Source: Octopus sinensis
Taxonomy: Eukaryota
Assembly: GCF_006345805.1 (NCBI RefSeq)
Contig: NW_021828812.1
Coordinates: 1 to 7,614, forward strand
Direction of reading: 5' to 3'
DNA length: 7,614 bases
The notes under the pieces are model-generated. The model did no database searches. It had not been told where the DNA came from and saw nothing but the letters and a program-made list of their open reading frames with translations. The translations under genes and the position numbers were made by a program. Positions within the stretch are counted from its first letter, which is position 1; each line of letters starts with the position of its first letter. Positions 1 through 6,386 of the stretch are shown piece by piece.

Positions 1-320
1 GGCAACTTTCTACAGCTCGATGCCCTTCCTAATGCCAACCACTCCAAGAGTGTAGTGGGTGCTTTTTACATGCGACCAGCACTGGAGCCTGTCAGGCCAG
101 CCTGGCATCGATCATGTTCCGATAGTGCTTTTTATGCGCCCCTGTCACAGAAGCCAGTCAGCTGGTACTGGCATCAGCCACGTTCAGATGGTGCTTTTTA
201 CATGCCACCAGCATGGGGGGCCAGTCAGGCAGTCCTGGCATCGACCACATTCGGATGGTGCTTTTTACATGCCACTGGCATGGAAGCCAGTTGGAGTGCT
301 GGCATCAGCCACGTTCAGAT
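1..320 (-). mobile_element. Partial non-autonomous retroposon of the (GAT)n-tailed family (probably RTE-LINE-related), truncated by the window edge
   Basis: TTTCTACAGCTCGATGCCCTTCCTAATGCCAACCACTCC (7-45) closely matches 2264-2302 and is the reverse complement of the core at about 5117-5151. Those two copies carry a (GAT)n tail that fixes the orientation. The RTE link is from memory of octopus repeats, not from a search. Confidence 0.7.
59..320. repeat. Four tandem ~66-bp units inside the retroposon, alternating A-B-A-B
   Basis: GTGCTTTTTA starts at 59, 125, 191 and 258 (periods 66, 66, 67). Units 1 and 3 end GGCATCGAYCAYRTTCSGAT; units 2 and 4 end GGCATCAGCCACGTTCAGAT. Confidence 0.85.
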
Positions 321-350
321 ATACACATCAAATACACGTTCAGATATACA

Positions 351-1110
351 CATTTCCCATTCAAACTGTTCCAGCCTTTGGGATATCATCCCTGCTGTAT
401 GTGGCTAAGCATCCTCATGGAAGAACACCTGTCATCTTCAAACCAAAGATGGTCATTTTCCTTCGAGCACTGACTTAAGCCACTCAAACTACTCGCGGTA
501 GATCTTTGTTAACATTTGGTTTGAGTTTAAATGTTCAAAGTGGACTAAACCCTTCACATTCCACCAATCAGATAGCAACCCCTTACATGAGTGAAGACCT
601 CTTTTAGCCTGGGATGCCGTTGTTTCTCTTTTCCCTACCCACTGTTCTCAGTGCTTGACGTTTTTATAGAGAACCCATTTCTCATCACCAGTCACTTTTC
701 AGTCTAAAAAGGTTCATTCATGAGATGTGACAGCACAGAAGGGCACAAATTCACTCTCTGTGCCCAATTAGACTTGAAAAGTTGTGAGGAACCCATTGAC
801 CCAATTTGCTGACTTTTCTGATGGCACGCAGGTGTTGATTGATTGTTGAATTACCAAATCCAAGCTTCTCTGCTAGTTCCTCAGCAGTTATGATGGGATA
901 TTTTTGTTCCACCAGATTTTGCAGGACATCCTTGTCCATCTCTATAGATCTTCCAAGACAACGCTCATTTTCTAGGCTGTAGTTTCCGACTCAGAATTTC
1001 TGGAACCATCATTGACACTGGCTTACACTTATCGTCCGATCCCCATATACTGCATTAGTATTCCTCACACTTTCTGTAGTGCTGTTGCCTTTATAGAACT
1101 CATAAAGCAC
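351..1110 (-). pseudogene. Decayed mariner (Tc1/mariner, DD34D-type) transposase with stops and frameshifts, lacking the C-terminal YSPDLAPSD region
   Basis: Minus-strand translation gives, in the correct order: LYEFYKGN, WFQKF, EELAEKLGFGNSTINQHLRAIRKVSKLGQWVPH, EPF, VTGDEKWVLYKN (first catalytic D, about 675-695), WWNVKGLVHFE, FFHEDA*PHTA (degenerate HDNARPH, 401-425) and LEQFEWE. These are standard mariner motifs. Confidence 0.93.
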
Positions 1111-1124
1111 TAAGGATAAGTACA

Positions 1125-1206
1125 ATCTCTACAGATCTTCCAGGATGAATCTCATCTTCTAGGCTGTACTTTCCAGCTCAGAATTTCTGGAACCATCTTT
1201 GACATT
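1125..1206 (-). repeat. Second diverged copy of an 82-bp mariner N-terminal segment (other copy at 938-1019)
   Basis: Manual ungapped alignment of 938-1019 with 1125-1206 gives 70/82 identity. The segment translates as CQRWFQKF*AGKYSLEDEIHPGRSVE. Confidence 0.88.
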
Positions 1207-1490
1207 TCTGGAGCCACCATTGAAATTTTGTGAAGGACAAAAGTTTGTCAACTTTTTTGGACAAAGGAATTACAACCTCCAATGTAGCTCTGTGATGAAT
1301 TGGTTTAATCCCCCTCTGGAACTGTGATTTAATTTCAGCATTAATGATTACGACCCCTATTATTCTTGCCTAGGATTTAAAAAGACAATGACTTTTGCGA
1401 TTGTTAGATAACCTAACTCTTCAATTACACTTTTACTTTCTCTGTGTGTACAAGAAAGAGAGACTGGAACCTCATTTTGTGACCTTAAAA

Positions 1491-1527
1491 TCTTTGTTTA
1501 CTCCATTTTCTTCTTTTCTCGATCTAG
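1491..1527 (+). promoter_or_regulatory. 3' splice acceptor (polypyrimidine tract + TAG)
   Basis: TCTTTGTTTACTCCATTTTCTTCTTTTCTCGATCTAG; there is no AG dinucleotide from 1463 to 1525. Confidence 0.82.
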
Positions 1528-1631
1528 ATCTAAAGAAAAGGTTTTATCGTGAACCCATTAGCTCCTTCGTGAAAGTAGAAGACACAACACAGTTAGAATG
1601 TCTGCCACCAGATGGGGATCCAATGCCTGAG
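1528..1631 (+). CDS. unc-5: Internal coding exon of an UNC-5-family netrin receptor (start of Ig domain 2); 104 nt, phase 1 to phase 0
   Basis: AG|AT CTA AAG ... CCT GAG|GTATGT encodes (x)LKKRFYREPISSFVKVEDTTQLECLPPDGDPMPE. This fits the UNC5 pattern YLRKxFxxEP...V....V.L.C.PPEG.P..E(V.W) as I recall it, including the Ig cysteine. Both splice sites are canonical. The paralogue cannot be assigned. Confidence 0.88.
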
Positions 1632-1637
1632 GTATGT
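1632..1637 (+). promoter_or_regulatory. 5' splice donor GAG|GTATGT
   Basis: Near-consensus donor located where the UNC5 similarity ends; the expected VxWLK does not follow in the genomic frame. Confidence 0.82.
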
Positions 1638-1914
1638 CACCAATTACATATTCTTTTAATATTTCCATACAGGATCCACTCACTGACATCATTGCATTGA
1701 AATCTGTTGACTTGCACCAGCACGACAAGAGAACTCTTTACTTGGTTGATGCATGTACAGCCATTTATGTATCATCATCTGGTTGAGCTTGCTCAAACAT
1801 TTTAAACCCACACACACCATCCATCTCAGTACTGCATTAGATAAGGGAAGTCTTCAGGGATGACATACATGTTCAGACAACCTGCTCCAGTAGGTCACTT
1901 GCCAATTCTTGTTT

Positions 1915-1976
1915 AGTTGTCAAGCAGCAGCAGGAGACAAACACGAAGATACACACACTCACAGATACATACATAT

Positions 1977-2043
<67 letters not shown>

Positions 2044-2127
2044 CAAGCTTCTTTCAGTTTCCATCTACTAAATCCACTCACATGCAATTGGGAAGCAAGC
2101 TTCTTACCACACAGTCACACCTGCACC
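1915..2127 (-). mobile_element. SINE family A copy (tRNA-like head + internal microsatellite + start of the 3' half), with a ~70-bp internal deletion in the head
   Basis: GCTTCTTTCAGTTTCCATCTACTAAATCCACTCACA and AAGCAAGCTTCTTACCACACAG match the fuller copy at 2335-2482, but the middle is missing. A (CA)n(TA)n(CA)n tract follows, and GTTGTCAAGC (1916-1925) is the reverse complement of GCTTGACAA in the 7181-7387 copy. Confidence 0.8.
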
Positions 2128-2150
2128 TATATATATATATATATATATAT

Positions 2151-2311
2151 CATCATCATCATCATCGTGTAACGTCCATTTTCCATGCTAGCATGGTTTG
2201 GACGGTTCAACTAGAGTCTGGGAAGCCAGGAGGCTGCATCAGGCTCTAGTCTGATCTGGCAGTGTTTCTACAGCTGGATGCCCTTCCTAACGCCAACCAC
2301 TCCATGAGTGT
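2151..2311 (-). mobile_element. 3' end of a (GAT)n-tailed retroposon, same family as 1-320 and 4922-5267
   Basis: (CAT)5 followed by CGTGTAACGTCCATTTTCCATGCTAGCATGG...TTTCTACAGCTGGATGCCCTTCCTAACGCCAACCACTCC; homologous to 1-60 and inverse to 5117-5267. Confidence 0.8.
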
Positions 2312-2482
2312 ACACACACACACATACACATGATGGGCTTCATTCAGTTTCTGTCTACCAAATCTACTCACAAGGCTTTGGATGGCCTGAGGCTATAGTA
2401 GAAGACACTTGCCCAAGGTGCCACGCAGTGGGAATGAACCCAGGCCCATGTGGTTGGAAAGCAAGGTTCTTACCACTCAGCC
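2312..2482 (-). mobile_element. SINE family A head plus (TG)n tract
   Basis: Reverse complement of the head at 3572-3710. It includes GGCTATAGTAGAAGACACTTGCCCAAGGTGCCACGCAGTGGG and a B-box-like GGGTTCATTCC on the minus strand. Confidence 0.85.
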
Positions 2483-3034
2483 TCGTCGGGACACCTATGG
2501 CCATAGTTAGACAGTGACTTGGTTTAATCTGCCTTAAAATTGTAATCTTTCTAAATTGACATGAATAACTTGAAGTTTTGCATAAGTAACAATCATTGTA
2601 CTAATTTATTTGTTTCTGATATTCAAATCATTCATGCCAAGGCTTTAATAAGACATTAGTTACTTCTGCAATTCTTAATTAACCAAACTCTGTGACCATC
2701 ATCTCTGTTATCTTAAACATCCTCCACAGTTTGCTAGACGGTGAATTAGTTTAAATCTTTTCTGCCATTAATACAATTACACTCTCTCATGCTATAGCTA
2801 TTAGCCTCATTGCAAGAGATGAGCTTTAGTAGTCTGTTTGAATGATTAATATTAATGATAATTCCTCTGAGACATATGGATTTTTGTCAATGTATTTAAT
2901 GCTTTTGGCATGAACCATTTCACATTCCTTAAGTGGTACCACTGTTGCTGCCATTACTAGTTTCTTATTATGTTAGTCTTGCAAAAGATTTCAAAGACAT
3001 TCACTACTTTCACAAATTTAGCAGCAGCAGCAGT

Positions 3035-3390
3035 GGAGGCTCAATGGCCCAGTGGTTAGGGCAGTGGACTCACGGTCAGAGGATCGTGGTTTCAATTCTC
3101 AGGCCGGGCGTTGTGTGTGTTTATTGAGCGAAAACACCTAAAGCTCCACAAGGCTCCGGCAGGGGGTGGTGGCGACCCCTGTTGTACTCTTTCATTCCAA
3201 CTTTCTCTCACTCTTTCTTCCTGTTTCTTGTCCCCGACTTCCTACGCAACCGCTGAGCCTGGATGCACATTCATCCATCCGTCGATGCTCTCAATGTCAG
3301 GGGTTGACCTGCTTCCTCTTCTGCAGGTCTTAGGAATAACAAAGGACCACGTTTCGGACTTCTACTAATGAGACGAAGACCGCTCATTTA
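3035..3390 (+). mobile_element. tRNA-derived SINE of a second family, apparently near full length
   Basis: A-box-like TGGCCCAGTGG (3045-3055) and B-box-like GGTTTCAATTC (3088-3098) at tRNA-like spacing, followed by a GC- and CpG-rich body that contrasts with the AT-rich flanks. The 3' boundary is approximate. Confidence 0.78.
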
Positions 3391-3505
3391 CAACCATCAA
3401 GTGAAGTGGAAACAAGTGTATATAAATGTACACACGCACACACCATGTTACACTCACGTACACATATATATGAGTTAGCACAAGATGGAGAAAAACAGTA
3501 TTTGT

Positions 3506-3570
3506 ATACTATATATATATAAATATATATATATATTATATATATAATATATTATAATATATATATATAC
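3506..3570. repeat. Imperfect (TA)n microsatellite
   Basis: Direct reading of the sequence. Confidence 0.9.
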
Positions 3571-3571
3571 A

Positions 3572-3715
3572 CAGGCATGGCTGTGTGGTAAGAAGCTTTC
3601 GTACCAACTACATGATTCCATGTTCAATCCCACTGTGTAGATCTTGGGCAAGTATCTTCTACAAAGCCTTGTGAGTGGATTTGGTATGTGGATACCGAAA
3701 GAAGCTCATCATGTA

Positions 3716-3767
<52 letters not shown>

Positions 3768-4066
3768 GTGTGTGTGTGTGTGTGTGTGTGTGTCTTTGTT
3801 AATAATAAATTAGTATTTCATGTTATCACCCTGAGCATTGGAATAGTTTTCCCTTAAGATTCTTCAATTCTGCTTCTTATTGGAAATAGCTTCTTATTGG
3901 AAATCTCTGTGTCTTTACTTCCCCATAACTTAGCAATTCGGCAAAAGCAACCAATACAATAAGTACTAGGCTTGAAAAAAGTCCTGGAGTTGATTTGTTC
4001 AACTAAAACCCTTCATGGTGGTGCCCCAGGATGGCCGCACACAAATAACTGAAACTAGTAAAAGAT
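3572..4066 (+). mobile_element. SINE family A, most complete copy: head 3572-3710, internal (TG)/(TA) tract 3711-3793, 3' half 3908-4066, interrupted by ~110 bp of unrelated DNA
   Basis: The head CAGGCATGGCTGTGTGGTAAGAAGC...AAAGCCTTGTGAGTGGATTTGG matches the other heads. The 3' half aligns by eye with 7217-7387. Joining the two halves into one element is an inference supported by the 1915-2127 copy. Confidence 0.75.
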
Positions 4067-4281
4067 ATATATAAACCAAATGCCAGCCTTAATGTAAATA
4101 AATAATAAACAGACTCTGATAAAGTAGGGAAACAGTTTAACCCAGAAGAGAGAAATACCAAAGTCTTACTATTCCAAGAATCTTGCCAAAATTATAAGAC
4201 TATACAATAATATTACAGAAGTATTAGAGTAATTCCTCATCTAGATATTTTGGAAGCTGTAAATAGAGCAGGAGTGATGTA

Positions 4282-4359
4282 GCAGGCATGGCTGTGGGGG
4301 TAAAGAAGTTTGCTTTTCAGCCATGTGGTTTTGGGTTCAATCCTACTGCATGGCATTTT
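4282..4359 (+). mobile_element. SINE family A head fragment in the left arm (probably the derived copy)
   Basis: GCAGGCATGGCTGTGGGGGTAAAGAAG...GGTTCAATCC (B-box-like, 4334-4343); it ends at the spacer. Confidence 0.85.
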
Positions 4360-4479
4360 AGGCATTTGTTGGCCCAGAGCTATTGTAGAAGACACTTTCC
4401 GAAAATGCCATGCAGTAGGATTGAACCCAAAACCACATGGCTGAAAAGCAAACTTCTTTACCCCCACAGCCATGCCTGC
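4360..4479 (-). mobile_element. SINE family A head in the right arm, continuing through the spacer (probably the original copy)
   Basis: The spacer reads CGGAAAGTGTCTTCTACAATAGCTCTGGGCCAACAAATGCCT on the minus strand, the expected continuation of the head as seen in the 2335-2482 copy. Confidence 0.85.
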
Positions 4480-4734
4480 TACATCACTCCTGCTCTATTT
4501 ACAGCTTCCAAAATATCTAGATGAGGAATTACTCTAATACTTCTGTAATATTATTGTATAGTCTTATAATTTTGGCAAGATTCTTGGAATAGCAAGACTT
4601 TGGTATTTCTCTCTTCTGGGTTAAACTGTTTCCCTACTTTATCAGAGTCTGTTTATTATTTATTTACATTAAGGCTGGCATTTGGTTTAGAAATCTAGAA
4701 TTATATTTAGGAAACATTAAATCCTTCTAAACAT

Positions 4735-4920
4735 TGTGTGTGTGTGTGTGTTGTGTGTGTGTGTGTGTGTGCGCATGTGAGTGTGTGTGCATGTGTGTGC
4801 GCATGTGAGTGTGTGTACATGTGCGTGGGTGTGTGTATTTGCCTAAGATGACATGTCATGGAAGTGAACCTGAGACCACCTGATTGGGAAGCAAATGTCT
4901 TAACTACACAAGTATGCTTA
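4735..4920 (-). mobile_element. Degraded SINE family A head plus (TG)n-rich tract (4735-4836)
   Basis: TTGCCTAAGATGACATGTCATGGAAGTGAACCTGAGACCACCTGATTGGGAAGCAAATGTCTTAACTACAC aligns with 2409-2480. Confidence 0.7.
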
Positions 4921-4921
4921 C

Positions 4922-5267
4922 ATGCCATGTAAAAGAGTATTGGTGTGGATGCTGGTGCCACATAAAAGGCACTGGTGATGATGCCACATAAAAAGCACCC
5001 AGTCCATTCTGTAAAGTGACTAACATTAGGAAGGGCATCCAGCCATAGTAATCATGCTAAAGCAGACTTCACCAGTGCTGGTGGTACATAAAAGCACCCA
5101 GTTGACTTTGTAAATTGGTCGGCATTAGGAAGGGCATCCAGTTGTAGAAACCCTGCCCAAAACAGACAAAATGGAACCTGGTGCAACCTCTGGCTTTGCC
5201 AGTTCCTGTCAAGCTGTCTAACTCATGCCAGCATGGAAAACTTATGTTAAATGATGATGGTGATGAT
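4922..5267 (+). mobile_element. (GAT)n-tailed retroposon copy with an internal ~99-bp duplication
   Basis: CATTAGGAAGGGCATCCAG occurs at 5024 and 5123. The element ends GCCAGCATGGAAAACTTATGTTAAATGATGATGGTGATGAT and is inverse to 1-320 and 2151-2311. Confidence 0.8.
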
Positions 5268-5277
5268 ACAGTTAAAA

Positions 5278-5433
5278 CAAGCTTCTTTCAGTTTCCATGT
5301 CCCAAATCCTTTCGCAAGACCTTGGTTGTTCCAGCATTATAACAGAAGACAATTGTCTCAGATGCCATGAATTGGGACTGTACCTGAAACTACACAATTC
5401 AGAATTGAACTTCTTCACTACATAACCATGCCT
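5278..5433 (-). mobile_element. Old, diverged SINE family A head
   Basis: It starts CAAGCTTCTTTCAGTTTCCAT, as at 2044, retains AGAAGACA and TGGGACTG, and ends CCATGCCT. Confidence 0.72.
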
Positions 5434-5811
5434 TCATCTTGCTGTATGCTTGAACACTGCCCTGAAAACATTTTTGTCCCATTCTTGCTAGCATAGCAAC
5501 GGGAGAGGGGGCTCCCTATAATGATGATGATGATGATGCTCAGCTAGACTGTTTGCCAAATGCCTTCATCTGTTCACTGCGTCCGATATAGAAGTTTAGC
5601 CTACATACGAATGCTCTGATGAGGACCTACCCACTTCCTACCTCAAATGAGTTTTCCATAGACACATTGTCAGCCAAGATCTGTTGTTTACAAAGCAATC
5701 AAGAAGATGTTTAAAGTTTATATTTTTCTCAGTTTGAGGGAAGGGGGTTCCACATGGGTTTAGCACTTCAGAGAAGGGCTTGATGAGAATTCCTGATCTG
5801 TGCTACTGGTA

Positions 5812-5849
5812 GGGGCCAGGGGTGGGATCAGGGGTACTTAATGGTGGGG
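5812..5849 (+). other. Potential G-quadruplex motif
   Basis: GGGG-CCA-GGGG-T-GGG-ATCA-GGGG (5812-5834) fits G3+N1-7 x4, with a fifth GGGG at 5846-5849. Motif only; folding is not shown. Confidence 0.6.
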
Positions 5850-6040
5850 TGTCGGTAGTGGTGCTGCTTGGCTGGTTGCATGTGTGTATGTGGTGTGAGG
5901 TTGTGCGTATGTGTGTTCTGATGGTAGTATAGTCGTGTGTGCTGGTGGTGGTGTAGTGCTATAAGCATTTTTTGGTGCGAGTTAGTATTCTGTGAGTATG
6001 TATGGGCATATGTATTCTCATGCACATATACATGTACTGA
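5850..6040. repeat. G/T-skewed low-complexity sequence (degenerate GT/GTG/GTA repeats)
   Basis: Direct reading of the sequence. Confidence 0.7.
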
Positions 6041-6252
6041 TATATCTATATCTATATATATATATATACATACATAACTATGCATTTGTATACATACATA
6101 TCTATGTATGTATCTATCTATATATATATGTGTATGTGTGTGTATTCAAATATGTAAATATATACACAGATGTGTATGGTAAGTGAATATATATGTGCAT
6201 TTGTGTGTATTTATATATATATATAATATCACATATATATATCCATACATAC

Positions 6253-6318
<66 letters not shown>

Positions 6319-6342
6319 TATATCATACATACATATATGTAT

Positions 6343-6386
<44 letters not shown>

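Larger units (their letters stand above)
4072..4689. repeat. Long near-perfect inverted repeat: arms 4072-4359 and 4402-4689 (288 bp each), 42-nt spacer 4360-4401
   Basis: Base-by-base check (position i pairs with 8761-i) gives 287/288 complementary; the only mismatch is A4168 opposite C4593. The mirrored ORFs 4237-4473(-) and 4288-4524(+) reflect this symmetry. Confidence 0.97.

Noticed and set aside
59-320. CRISPR-like repeat-spacer array
   Set aside because: The units are homologous along their whole length, there are no unique spacers or cas genes, and the context is eukaryotic.
55-478. Three overlapping + strand ORFs (117, 139 and 86 aa)
   Set aside because: They are translations of the 66-bp tandem array and the antisense mariner, with no protein-family motif.
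1235-1265. Possible mariner terminal inverted repeat
   Set aside because: Only a vague resemblance and 6-bp GACAAA/TTTGTC arms; no partner end exists in the window.
1574-1585. AGTAGAAGACAC in the exon also occurs in SINE copies (2397-2408; 11 nt in the palindrome loop, 4385-4395)
   Set aside because: An 11-12-nt match in the same orientation cannot pair with the exon and is plausible by chance.
1395-1700. 101-aa ORF as a complete gene
   Set aside because: Only 1528-1631 resembles UNC5 and is bounded by splice sites; the rest is intron that happens to be open.
1380-1920. Possible decayed LINE (RTE) coding remnant on the minus strand (DFNA, LRWM-like words)
   Set aside because: Motif order and spacing do not fit an endonuclease or reverse transcriptase, and the + strand exon explains the core of the region.
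4097-4109. Two AATAAA hexamers in the left arm, mirrored on the minus strand in the right arm
   Set aside because: AATAAA is expected often in AT-rich introns, and nothing else supports a cleavage site.
4237-4524. Mirror-image 78-aa ORFs on both strands
   Set aside because: A by-product of the palindrome, with a GTG start and SINE-derived sequence.
4072-4689. Palindrome as a MITE or fold-back transposon with a TA target duplication (it begins and ends with TA)
   Set aside because: TA is self-complementary and the left TA lies in a TA run. The spacer is a seamless SINE continuation, so in-situ fold-back is simpler. Finding the unit at multiple loci would reopen this.
5626-5650. CTGATGAG as a hammerhead ribozyme core
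   Set aside because: No GAAA follows a closable stem II, and I could not find stems I and III.
5642-5680. Minus-strand 39-nt micro-exon (CAG|ILADNVSMENSFE|GTAGGA)
   Set aside because: Weak pyrimidine tract and donor, no recognisable protein, and it is opposite to the supported gene.
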